A stretch of DNA of 45,285 nt from Octopus bimaculoides (taxonomy: Eukaryota). The DNA is taken from contig NC_068998.1 of assembly GCF_001194135.2 (NCBI RefSeq), forward strand, positions 32,949,737-32,995,021, written 5' to 3'. The notes beneath the pieces are model-generated. The model was not told the DNA's origin, searched no databases, and worked only from the letters and a program-made list of their open reading frames with translations. Each line of letters opens with the position of its first letter. Position 1 is the first letter of the stretch. A program made the translations under genes and the position numbers. Of the stretch, positions 1-11,540 are shown one piece after another.

Positions 1-498
1 ATTATTGAATATTTAGTATTATATTACTTAGTAAAATATTGATAATAAATAAATGATTCTAATCAATTTACTAAAGAATAAGATTAACAATAGTATACAA
101 ATGAAATAACATTTATCTTTAAACCTACAATCACAAGTTCTTGCTACATGATTTCGATTAGGTCCATTATTAGTGTTATTAATTAAAGTATTATTATTTC
201 TATTACTATAAGTATTATTATTTCTATTACTATAATCAAAGAGATAATTCTAAATAAGTTTTTAGATACGGAAAAAAATCAATTCTAACTGTTTTATTAT
301 TAATTATTTCATTATACTTATTTCCCTAATTAAAATATTTAGATATAAATCTGTAAAAAGATTTAGCCAAATTAGTTTTTATTTGTCTTGCAAAAGGATA
401 ATAAACCAAATATTAATTCTTTTATTAAAGTTATCATTATGCAATTTATCAAAATTAACATCTGGGATATATTTTCTACCCTTAAATTTAAACTTTAC

Positions 499-579
<81 letters not shown>

Positions 580-2241
580 CATTATTATTATTATTATAAT
601 TATTATTATTATTATTACACTTATTTGACATATCCATATTATTGGTATTAATTTTAAAATATAGATTTACATTATATTTTTCTTCACTCTTAATTTGAAT
701 ATTATTAGATTCAATAGTGGTCAGTTTATTAATTACAGTATCATCCTTATTTTTATGAGATTTACTAAGTTTGAGCTTATTACTCACACCATTAACATTA
801 TATTTACCCACTCCATTGTGTATCGATTTAGTATTATTATGATTTTTACTGTCTTTATCCTTTTTACAGTATATTATCTTATGTATATATCCTGTTTTAT
901 TAAGAGCTACATTATAGTATTCAGCATTACTATTGTAAATTTCCTCATAAGAAGATAAAAATGAAATTTGTCTCGAAATACTTTAAACCAAAGTACGTGT
1001 AATTGCCTTTGGATGATTACTATTAAAATTAATATACTTCAAGTTAGTATTAGGTTTATGATATGGTCTATATTGGCCTGTAACAAGATTCAGATTAACA
1101 TCTAAATAATTAACAGAATCATGTTCGTTTTCAATAGAAATAGATAAACCAAATCCATGAAGTCTTTTCATATGCATATCCAATTTCCTATTGGATAGGG
1201 TATTAATTAAAAACAGCAAATCATCCCTGTATAATCTACCTTTAAGTTCTGGGAATTTGCTACCTAAATAAAACAATGTATATCCCTACAAGATCAGTAA
1301 CTTGGGCAGAATCAGCTGATCCCATAGTAATATCAAAATCATCATAAATATTTTTTCTAACCCAGTATTTATTATCAAATTAAATTACTGATTTTCTAGC
1401 TTTTAAAATTATTTTAATTTCTTTTAAAGAAAGGTTAGATCTATTTTTAGCAAACAAAAAAGCCTGATTAAAAAGTATAGGATTTATAGATGAATAATAA
1501 TTATCAATATCTATTTATAGAAATTTACTTTTTTTATTATCTATTCCAACAAACCAGGTAATAGCTCCCTGCGTACTTGACCGTAGTTCAAGATTCAATT
1601 TTCTCCTAAGTGTTGGTAAAATAATTTTACTTAATTTACCTAGGGAAAATTAATCTAACTTTAGGGTTAGAATAGAAGTCATCCTTATAATCTTTTAAAG
1701 CTATTCTAGGCCTCATAGGCACAAATGACTCTGTCCTATCATCAAGATCATAACCCTCCATAATCTTCTTAGTTAAAAAACCGTAAAATATTTTTACTTA
1801 CCACCTTCTAGTTACTAGTCACTTCATTTTAATTTGGTCATGATATTCTAATATATCTATATTAAAAAAGTCACTGGTTTTATCTGATTAGACAATAATG
1901 CCATTTTTTTTGTGTAAGTTCAAATACTGAAGTTTTCAGATTCCTTAAATGTTCATTCCTGCAAAGGGGATATTTAATAAATTTAACATTTCTCGCTATA
2001 GACCATAGATCATCCTCAAATGACACCAAATGGCAGTTCAGTGGTGGAAATTTTTAGGTTTTAAATTTTTTTTAAAAAGTTCAACATCAATTCCTTGTTC
2101 AAATTCTTTATCATAATAAAACGGCTTCCAAAGTATCCTATGTATAAATGCAGTACTCTTAGTAATTAAATCTTTCATCTAGTCCTTCCGAGGTGGTACA
2201 GGAATGACTTTTAAGGAAATGCTAATTGGCAACTTTTCCAT
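1..2241 (-). mobile_element. Decayed near-full-length Penelope-like retroelement (RT plus CxC linker toward a C-terminal GIY-YIG), resembling the Hydra-type PLE group
   Basis: Minus-strand translation across frameshifts and stops gives PLE motifs in order: N-terminal MEKLPISISLKVIPVPP (ATG at 2241); KFL*IDIDNYYSSINP (~1480-1520, FDIxxFYPSI-like); FDITMGSADSAQVTDLVGIY (~1280-1340); GRLYRDDLL, YLDVNLNL and PYHKPN..YINFNSNHP (ORF 983-1276); RINIWF (~400); TCDCRFKDKC (~109-138). The endonuclease runs off or decays at the window start. Confidence 0.88.
499..617. repeat. (ATT)n/(AAT)n microsatellite inside the PLE linker region
   Basis: Nearly pure trinucleotide tract; it produces the poly-I/N/Y ORFs at 379-811. 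Confidence 0.97.
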
Positions 2242-2404
2242 TTTACCAGCAGAAAACAGTATAAATATTAACACACAAGTAATATTTTAAATTAAATCCA
2301 ATACATACGTACGTACGTACGTACATATGTATGTATGTATGTATGTATGTATATACATATATATATTGTTGATAGGAAGGGCACAAAAGAAGGTGATACA
2401 CACA

Positions 2405-2448
<44 letters not shown>

Positions 2449-3263
2449 NNNNNNNNNNNNNNNNNNNNNNNNNNNNNNNNNNNNNNNNNNNNNNNNNNNN
2501 NNNNNNNNNNNNNNNNNNNNNNNNNNNNNNNNNNNNNNNNNNNNNNNNNNNNNNNNNNNNNNNNNNNNNNNNNNNNNNNNNNNNNNNNNNNNNNNNNNNN
2601 NNNNNNNNNNNNNNNNNNNNNNNNNNNNNNNNNNNNNNNNNNNNNNNNNNNNNNNNNNNNNNNNNNNNNNNNNNNNNNNNNNNNNNNNNNNNNNNNNNNN
2701 NNNNNNNNNNNNNNNNNNNNNNNNNNNNNNNNNNNNNNNNNNNNNNNNNNNNNNNNNNNNNNNNNNNNNNNNNNNNNNNNNNNNNNNNNNNNNNNNNNNN
2801 NNNNNNNNNNNNNNNNNNNNNNNNNNNNNNNNNNNNNNNNNNNNNNNNNNNNNNNNNNNNNNNNNNNNNNNNNNNNNNNNNNNNNNNNNNNNNNNNNNNN
2901 NNNNNNNNNNNNNNNNNNNNNNNNNNNNNNNNNNNNNNNNNNNNNNNNNNNNNNNNNNNNNNNNNNNNNNNNNNNNNNNNNNNNNNNNNNNNNNNNNNNN
3001 NNNNNNNNNNNNNNNNNNNNNNNNNNNNNNNNNNNNNNNNNNNNNNNNNNNNNNNNNNNNNNNNNNNNNNNNNNNNNNNNNNNNNNNNNNNNNNNNNNNN
3101 NNNNNNNNNNNNNNNNNNNNNNNNNNNNNNNNNNNNNNNNNNNNNNNNNNNNNNNNNNNNNNNNNNNNNNNNNNNNNNNNNNNNNNNNNNNNNNNNNNNN
3201 NNNNNNNNNNNNNNNNNNNNNNNNNNNNNNNNNNNNNNNNNNNNNNNNNNNNNNNNNNNNNNN
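2449..3263. other. Assembly gap flanked by (TA)n. Other gaps at ~7390-7560, 11284-11523, 17291-17397, 32137-32170, 33244-33806, 38189-38751, 39595-39624 and 41962-42868
   Basis: Runs of N, most bordered by simple repeats. Confidence 0.98.
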
Positions 3264-3290
<27 letters not shown>

Positions 3291-3294
<4 letters not shown>

Positions 3295-3746
3295 GTGCGT
3301 GAAAAGACCCGGCAAGCCAGGTGAGACCAAAATCCAAGGCCTCTGCCAGGGATGTAGCCAGCCCACTTATGCGTACCTTTCCTTCTTTGGACACTAAGCT
3401 CCGCTTGCGAAGACCTGTTGAGGCAAGTGAAATCGAAATCGAACTAAATTCGACGACTGGCACCCATGCCAACGTCTCCTTCATTGGAGACTAAACTCCG
3501 CTTGCAAAGACCTGTTGGGGCAAGCGAAAGCGAAATCGTGATGGCACCTGTACCAGTGGAGCGCTAAGAGCACTGTTCGAGCATGATCATTACCAGCATC
3601 GCCTTCCTGGCACTTGTGCCGGTGGCACATGAAAAGTTATTCGATCGAGATCGGTGCCTGTGCCGCTGGACTGTGCAGATGGCACGTAAAATACACCTCA
3701 GTCAAATCGTCCAACCCATGCTAGCATGGAAAGTGGACGTTAAACT

Positions 3747-3800
<54 letters not shown>
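3291..3800 (+). mobile_element. 3' end of an RTE-type LINE or derived SINE, with two internal ~60-bp direct repeats and a (GAT)n tail
   Basis: Ends in gtcaaatcgtccaacccatgctagcatggaaagtggacgttaaac-(tga)n, shared with the copies at 7048, 8493 and 19577. Internal repeats lie at 3381-3441 and 3478-3538. A homologous reverse copy is at 38752-38999. Confidence 0.7.
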
Positions 3801-3803
<3 letters not shown>

Positions 3804-4030
3804 GTTGTGTCTGGAGAGAGTTATTCTCTTTTTGTGCTTTATTACTTAATGCATTCACTAGTTCAATTTCCACTCATTTCCTTATTTATTTTTTCTAAAA
3901 TTTTCACTGTGTTTTGTAACCTCTTCAACTGTCATTGATTCTGTCCGTTATCAGAGCTGCATACTTTTTGTTTGTCTGTTTGTGCACATGTGTGTGCCAG
4001 AGTGCCTGTGTATGCACATATGTGTATATG
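3801..4030 (-). mobile_element. Interspersed repeat, probably a PLE pseudo-LTR (family also at 5030-5300, 7915-7985 and 31872-32130)
   Basis: Aligns by eye, in inverted orientation, to 5030-5255 and directly to 31935-32110 (tgttgtgtctgg..agag..; ctgtccgttat). Carries a hammerhead-like motif. Confidence 0.6.
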
Positions 4031-4131
4031 TATGTATGTGTGTGTGAGTGTGTGCTTGTCTGTTCATATTACATACGTACCTATCCATCTATTTATCTAA
4101 CTGTTTACTTACATATCTATTTACCCCAACC

Positions 4132-4189
<58 letters not shown>

Positions 4190-4299
4190 ATATAATATAG
4201 GATAAAATCTATACACACACACACACACACACATATATACGTCTACATGACAGCCTACTAATAACTCTACCTGTGTATATATATAAATTGTGATTATTG

Positions 4300-4880
4300 G
4301 GGTATGACTACCTTCAACGTATGTTTCCTGTTTAGTACTAGGGATGTTTCATTTATGAGGATGTACTCCAGTATTTGTTTGAATGTTGGGTCCTCCAGGT
4401 GCTTGGATAAAATGCGGATGTCAAGTTGACCCAGTGTGCCTCCATGTTGGTCTTTGGTATGTTGGTAGAGTATGGAGGACTGCTTTTGTCGTCATATTGT
4501 CTCAAATATTTATTTAGTCTCTCCACAATGCTTCTAGATATCTCACCTATGTATATCATGTTCTTGTCTTTACAAGCAACCTCTATGCACTTTCTGCTGT
4601 GAGGCTACATTTCTAGTTCTACAGTTAATGCCAGGATTAATCTTACATATCATGCAGTTATCATTGGTGCCTGTGGTATTCTCAAAGGGGTACATCCTCT
4701 ATAGTTGTGATCTGATGGAGCTCCCTAGCTTTTCAGCGATCTTAATGTTGAGTTTGGCCTCCTTTAGAGCTTTCCGAAATCTTTGGGCTAGTTCTCCAGG
4801 CACTGTGGCAGCTACAAACATAACTCCTTGATATTTGTCGGTCTTGTACCATGTGTTCACCCTGTTTGTTTTGTCACAAC
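4300..4880 (-). mobile_element. Neptune-type Penelope-like element fragment: Cys-rich linker plus GIY-YIG endonuclease
   Basis: Translation: VMFVAATVPGELAQRFRKALKEAKLNIKIAEKLGSSIRSQL...NCMICKINPGINC...IYIGEISRSIVERL. This matches the FVPxTPxGxL / CxxC / YIGETSR pattern of Neptune PLE C-termini. Confidence 0.8.
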
Positions 4881-4975
4881 TGGAATAGGATACAAAGAGG
4901 TTGTGACAAAACAAACAGGGTGAACACATGATACAAGACCGAAAATATCAAGGAGTTATGTTTATAGAGGCCACA
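4804..4975. repeat. Fold-back inverted repeat (77/76-bp arms at 4804-4880 and 4900-4975, 19-nt loop)
   Basis: The arms are reverse complements with about 4 mismatches and 1 indel; both encode KYQGVMF. Confidence 0.93.
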
Positions 4976-5029
4976 GATCAGATACACACATCCATCCATA
5001 CATACATACATACATACATACATACATAC

Positions 5030-5300
5030 ATAAATGCATACATACATATGTGTATACACATGCACACTGATATGCACACGTGTGCACAAACAAACAAACA
5101 AAAAGAATGCAGCTCTGATAACGGACAGAGTCAACAACTATGGAAGAGATTGCAAGACACGAAAATTTTAGAAAAAATAAATAAGTGAGTGGAAATCGAA
5201 CCAGTGAGTGTGTTAAGTAATAGAGCATTAAAAGAGAAAGACTCTACACAGACTCAATAGAATATGCTTCAACATAAGAATTCACATAAAGAATCTTGCA
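5030..5300 (+). mobile_element. Inverted copy of the 3801-4030 repeat (putative PLE pLTR)
   Basis: gcagctctgataacggacagag...gaaaattttagaaaaaataaataag is the reverse complement of 3880-3960. Confidence 0.65.
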
Positions 5301-5574
5301 AACCAAATACTAAAATGAAATATATATATATATATATATATATATTTGTGTGTGTGCATGTATGTGTGTATACATATCCTGCATAGTGCTTATGCTTAGT
5401 GCTTATGCACCTCCACACAAACACACATACACACATATATATACACAGTAATACTGAAATGTATGCACATTTAAATACCTATATACACATAAAATATATG
5501 CTTATGTATTCTCTTGCACATGACTACACTCCGTACTGACAAATGCACACCTACTCATGTATATTTTATCGTTT

Positions 5575-5778
5575 TTCTTTTACTTGTTTCGTTCCTTGAA
5601 CCCAGTGATGCAAGGCCATAGCCTTGAAGGATTTAGTCAAAGAATCAATCCACTCACAAGACTTTGGTCAACCTGAGGCTATAGTAGAAGACACTCACCC
5701 AAGATACCACGTAGTGGGACTGAACCCAGGACCATATGGTTGGGAAGCAAACTTCTTATTACACAGCCACACTTGCAC
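5575..5778 (-). mobile_element. tRNA-derived SINE family A, internally deleted copy
   Basis: Shares head (gtggctgtgt..ggttcagtcccact) and tail (gaaacaagtaaaaga) with the 21117-21535 copy. Confidence 0.8.
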
Positions 5779-7047
5779 TTATACTACAGAACCCTACCCA
5801 GCTTCAGCTGTGAACTTGGAACCTGGCTAAAATACTTAATAGACTCTCTGTTAATACCAGGCTAACAAATTTTTTAGATTAATAAAGATCTCCATGTGTT
5901 CTTATGACAGAGTCCGAGGTTTTAGTTCATCACCATTCTATATTGAATGTTATCCAGGTCTTTTACATGGAGTGATATACAAGACAAGATGTAAACAATG
6001 GTCATTACATATTCCTTTATTGTAGTAATTTCAGTTGTTTCTGATAATCATTGTAGGTTTAAACCATACATGCTTGTATCATTGTTCTGCTTAGTTTCTA
6101 TCAGAACACCATGACTCTGGTGAGGATAGCATTAATTTTTTAAGGTCATTCAATTTTTCTCAACTGATCAATGGATTGATATTGAGTAAACCAATCAATG
6201 AACGAACCTATATCGTTTATCGGAAACAGCTTTAAGTCAACTTTAATACAATAAAAGAATTTGTATAGACCATTATTTGTCTTACACACACACAAACATG
6301 TATATATAAGAAAGAAAGAATGAACAAGCAAAACATGTGGTATCACTTTAGAGCATGTAATTTATAATTCAAACGAATTCATAAATTCATAAACGTAATT
6401 CTTTCTAATATACACCAATCCACTCGATGAGGTATCACTTATAGCCAGGCAGCTACAACACCATTTTTGTTTTGTTTTAGTCACAGTTCAAGTGAGAGTT
6501 TTAGTGGCTTTGTACATACCTATTATGTTATTACATGCAATTTTTTATGCCTACTCAAACATGTATCTACCTCCATATACATATATATATTTATATGTAT
6601 ATACAGATCAGAATGTATACACTCATATATAATTTCACTTACATTGTACACAAATATTCTATTTTCTATGTATTCTTATAAGTCATTTCTACTTTAATGC
6701 AAATATATACAGATGCATAAGGACACTCTTATAGTTCCATATAATCATATCTATGCAATATTTATATGTATGTATAAATTCCTACATTCACACAGAGTTG
6801 TATGAGTACTTCCATACTAATACATAAATTGACATATATGCATTACTGCCACATCGTTTTATGAATTTCAAAATATAAATTTTAGCTGTACTGATGAAAC
6901 AAGACCAGATTTCAATGACCCATATACATGGGTTTATATGTAATTATATGTACAGAGATTGTCGTATTAAACTATATTTACATGTAGATGTGTAAGCTTA
7001 CCTGTACATAAGCACGATGTCAGTAGCCTAGGGTAGTCATCTACCTG

Positions 7048-7120
7048 GCCAGCTCCTGTTAAAACTATCCAACCCATGCCAGCATGGAAGTCAGACGTCA
7101 AATGATGATGATGATGATAA
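7048..7120 (+). mobile_element. Short 3' end of the RTE-type family with (GAT)n tail
   Basis: tccaacccatgccagcatggaagtcagacgtcaaatgatgatgat. Confidence 0.7.
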
Positions 7121-7299
7121 GGATATATATATATAAATGGCAGTGCTTCTGCATGGTCGCAGCTCTGAGCTGAAACTACAGAAAAAAATATATATATACA
7201 TAAATATATATATATAACAATTGCAGCGTGGAAGGTGTTTGTAAGCCATTTAAAATAACACACAAAAACCGTCAGATTCACTTCAACATTTAAATTTAA

Positions 7300-7350
7300 T
7301 TTGTCAAATTATTTTCGTCGCTTTGAGACCGCGACCTGTTCACTGACAAA
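7300..7350 (-). ncRNA. Candidate minimal type I hammerhead ribozyme with a G3:C8 variant core, within a ~140-bp repeat (7220-7365)
   Basis: Minus strand reads tttgtca-GTGAACA-g-gtcgc-ggtctcaaa-gcgac-GAAA-ataa-TT-tgacaaa: 7-bp stem I, 5-bp stem II, GAAA, 1-bp stem III. Confidence 0.55.
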
Positions 7351-7600
7351 ATTCTGTGCTGCATCTCTGTCTGTCTGTCTCTCTCTATATATATGTCTAT
7401 AAATATATANNNNNNNNNNNNNNNNNNNNNNNNNNNNNNNNNNNNNNNNNNNNNNNNNNNNNNNNNNNNNNNNNNNNNNNNNNNNNNNNNNNNNNNNNNN
7501 NNNNNNNNNNNNNNNNNNNNNNNNNNNNNNNNNNNNNNNNNNNNNNNNNNNNNNNNNNNNATAGGCATGTATATATATACACACACATATATATAATAAT

Positions 7601-7650
<50 letters not shown>

Positions 7651-8040
7651 GTATGTATGTATGTACATCCACATTACAGTGCGTCTTTAATATATTTAGT
7701 ATTTGTTACTAGACACAATATCATCATAAATACTGTTGTCCTATTTATGTTTATGTGTAGTGAAAATTTGAGCCCATCTAATTCACATTTTGTCACCCTT
7801 ATGATGCAAACCAAACGAGAGAAGCATATTCTTTGTTTATATATGAAATGCAGTTATATAATTAAATATGGTTACATACAAAATGAAAGTGAAATGAAGA
7901 TATATAATTACAATTATGTTGTGTCTGGGGAGAGTCACGAATCCACATAAAGAATTTTGCAAGCCAGATACAGAAACGAAATATAACAACAATGTAATTT
8001 TAGTATTACTTACATTAAAGCAATGGGCATACATACACAA

Positions 8041-8434
8041 ATGTGCCCCACCAACTTAGTTTCTTCATAATTTCCAGAAAAAGGAATATTTTTTAATGAA
8101 ATTTTCAACAAATATGTTTCAGATTATGTAGGTTCCGATTACATCTGAATTTGTTCTGAAAAATGTTTTCAAAAGAGTGGAGAAAAGAGTTTCAGAAAGT
8201 CCACACAAGCTGGCTTTGTTTCCTCATGACTTACTAAAAATTAGGTATTTTTAAATGAAAATTTTGATAAATACCTTTCAGAGTGTGTAGATTATGATTA
8301 TATTAGAATTTAATATGAAAAGTAAATTGGTATACATACTGACATACATCATCTGAAGCATATTTGTAGAAAATTTCATTAAAATGTATCCATTTTAATT
8401 AATGTTATGAGGAAACAAAGCTGGTGATGCACAT
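8041..8434. mobile_element. MITE-like element with ~90-bp imperfect terminal inverted repeats
   Basis: atgtgccccaccaacttagtttcttcataat... matches the reverse complement of ...gttatgaggaaacaaagctggtgatgcacat. A partial third copy lies internally at ~8207-8280. Confidence 0.6.
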
Positions 8435-8492
8435 ATGTGTAGATATGGTGCAGCTAACTCTGGCCAATGTCTGTATGTCATTGTGTATGTGT

Positions 8493-8606
8493 TACCAGAA
8501 GACTTTGCCAAATCAGACTTGAACCTGGTGCAGCTCTCTGGCTCATCAGCTCCAGTCAAACCATCTAACCCATGTCGACATGGAGAATGGACATTAAATG
8601 ATGATA
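8493..8606 (+). mobile_element. Decayed 3' end of the RTE-type family
   Basis: ccaaatcagacttgaacctggtgcagc...cagtcaaaccatctaacccatgtcgacatggagaatggacattaaatgatgat aligns to 19630-19750. Confidence 0.65.
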
Positions 8607-8774
8607 TATAGATGTATGTGCAGACAAGTGCAAATACTTATTTGTGGTGTGTGTGTGTGTATCACCTATATTGACCATACACCAATTGTCACAATGTACC
8701 TCCAATTCTTTCTTGATTGTGCTCTTCTTTTACATCTTGGGTCAAATCATTTAACATACTGATGGCAATATGTA

Positions 8775-10068
8775 TGAGGGGTGTTCCTTAAATATTTCCC
8801 TTGACCCACTTCCCAAGGACTGATATAAACGAAACATGGCATAATTATTAGTTCTTCCCTACATAGCCACCACCAATGGTGACACACATCCCATATCGTT
8901 TATGCAGCTGTGAAGAACTTGTCTGTAGAAGTTGGTAGGTTGCATCTGGAGCCAAGACTTTACCTTGGAAATAAGTTCATCCTCATCTGAAAAGTGCTTC
9001 CTCTTCAAAAAGATGATTCATGGTTGGAAAGAGGTGGAAGTCAGATGGAGCAAGGTCAGGAGAGTAAGGGGTATGAGGAAGGATTTCATAGCTTCAGGGG
9101 TGTGCTTTCATATGGGGCAACATGTGCATTGGGAACTGGGGCATTGTCTTCAAGGAGGCGGATTCCTTTGGTCAGCATGCCACACCTATCTGCTTTGATG
9201 GCGTCCTGTAATTTCTGCAGCAGAAAAGCATAATATACCCCATTAACTTTGGTGCCCTTTGCCAGAAAATTCATCATCACTACTCAGCACTGATTCCAAA
9301 AGACTGAGAACATCACCTTGCCTGCTGATGGTTGGAGACAAGCCTTCTTTTGAGGTGGTGAGTTAGCATGCTTCCGTTGCTTTGACTGGACTTCAGTCTC
9401 AGGATCATAGTGATAGACCCATGTTTCAGCTTGTGTGATAAGTCTGCCGAAAAAGTCCTTCTTGTTTTCTTGGCACATTGCCAAAAGAGTCTGGGAGCAA
9501 TTGACTCATTCCTGTTTCTGAAAAGGTGTGAGCATCTGGGGAATCCATCGTGCAGACAACTTCCACATGTGCAAATGGTCATGAATAATTTTTCCCATGG
9601 ATCCTACACTTATGTTCACTTTTTAGGCTAGTTGCCGAAAAGTTATATGGCGATCCTCCAAAATGACAGCTTCCACTTTATGGATGGTGTCGTCATCGGT
9701 GGTGGAATGTGGTCATCCAGGAATAGGAGCAGTTTCCACTGATGTCCAACCACATTTGAAATGGCACTGCCAGTACTTGACTATATTGTATGATGGGGCA
9801 TCATCACTATAAACTTCTTTCATTTCATCGAAAGTCTCTTTTATTGTATGACCTTTCAAGTATAAGAACGTGATCACTGTTCTGCATTTAACAGCCTCCA
9901 TTATAACACCTTAGTCCACTTCAGCAGCTGTAAAAGCAAACAAATACTAGTGGAAAGCTGCAATTTACAATGTGACAAGAAGAGACATGTATAATTGTAC
10001 CTGTACAAATCCCATTTCCTGCAATAACCGGAAGTGGGTCAGAAGAAATCTTTAATGAACACTCCTCG
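8775..10068 (-). mobile_element. Full-length decayed mariner transposon (irritans-like), with TIRs and TA target duplication
   Basis: TIRs ta|tgaggggtgttccttaaatatttcccttgacccacttcc and ggaagtgggtcagaagaaatctttaatgaacactcctcg|ta. Transposase pieces: MEAVKCRTVITFLYLKG, AETWVYHYDPETE, PSAGKVMFSVFW, LLEDNAP; frameshifted. Confidence 0.93.
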
Positions 10069-10099
10069 TATATGTTTTCATTTGTCAGTATATATATAT

Positions 10100-10164
<65 letters not shown>

Positions 10165-11251
10165 TGCTGCATAGACACTGAAGAATATATTCACTGAAAT
10201 GAATGTTATTACATTGCAGTAAACACAAGTGAAACCAAATTGCACGTACATACATAATTGACAAAAACAATCTTTCAGAGCAACATATAAAAGCAGAAAA
10301 GCATAAATTTCATGTAGAGTTTATACATTGTATTCAATATGAGTTACATTAGGATAAACATCATTAAATGTATAATTATATATTTGTAATACATAATTAA
10401 TCAATTTAAATGAAGTCAATTTACATTAAACTTATTTAAAATGTATGCTTACTTAAATCATCAAGAACATTATTAGTATTAGGTTAATCAGATGCATTTG
10501 TTAAACTAGTTAAAACTGTTTTTATGAGATTTGTTTTGGCTTGCTTTTAGTTAAGATTTTTTTTCATATCATTGTGATCAGGAAATATTTTTCATTTGGG
10601 AATTTTAATGATTCATTTGTTTATCTGTAAAATTAATTATTGTCGTATATATTTAAGTTAGATTTTCTAAAGTTATAATTGATATTTCATGGCTAATTTA
10701 TTTTGTTGTTTCTGGTTAAAAAGTGTCTGTTGAGCGAAAGACCTTTATTTATTTCATATGGAGTATTTTAAATAACAGTCTGTTGGGAATATTTGCTTGT
10801 GCACGTGTGTGTGAAGAAGCCCTCACAATAAGAAACTCATGCAGATACATACACACCTGCACACACTCATATATACACAGGATCATATGCACACACAAAA
10901 AAAAATCATACCTAGAGATTTATATTTCAAACAGCATACGTTCTATAATGAATTAACAAACAAAAATCTTTAATTAACTTAGCAGACAAGATCAAAAGCC
11001 ATACCACATCAACACACACATAATGAAACTTTTGCACATACCAAAACAAACCAAAACCAGTCTACTGTGACATACACACCCATCAACAAGGATACAAAAA
11101 CCAGATATTCAAAAGAAGCCTGAAAGAATTGAGCTCCTGTTAGGGGCCTGCTAAACTTGAAGTAGCATGGAACCAAATCAAACTGTTTTAAATAATACCT
11201 GTAACTTACTAATCGTATTGAGTGCCTTTTCTTTCATTTGTCCACTCACTC

Positions 11252-11283
<32 letters not shown>

Positions 11284-11540
11284 NNNNNNNNNNNNNNNNN
11301 NNNNNNNNNNNNNNNNNNNNNNNNNNNNNNNNNNNNNNNNNNNNNNNNNNNNNNNNNNNNNNNNNNNNNNNNNNNNNNNNNNNNNNNNNNNNNNNNNNNN
11401 NNNNNNNNNNNNNNNNNNNNNNNNNNNNNNNNNNNNNNNNNNNNNNNNNNNNNNNNNNNNNNNNNNNNNNNNNNNNNNNNNNNNNNNNNNNNNNNNNNNN
11501 NNNNNNNNNNNNNNNNNNNNNNNATATATATATATATAAA

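Noticed and set aside
379-958. ORFs with poly-I, poly-Y and poly-N
   Set aside because: Translations of the (ATT)n tract and the decayed PLE, not genes.
2243-3484. Long ORFs of 329-433 aa here and at 33200-33958, 38156-38867 and 41828-43129
   Set aside because: They are open only because they cross N gaps and (TA)n repeats.
5900-6110. TGATGA...ctctgtc and GAAAcaactg on the minus strand as possible hammerheads
   Set aside because: Consistent stems I and II could not be built.
6891-6897. Isolated CTGATGA
   Set aside because: No stem II or downstream GAAA.
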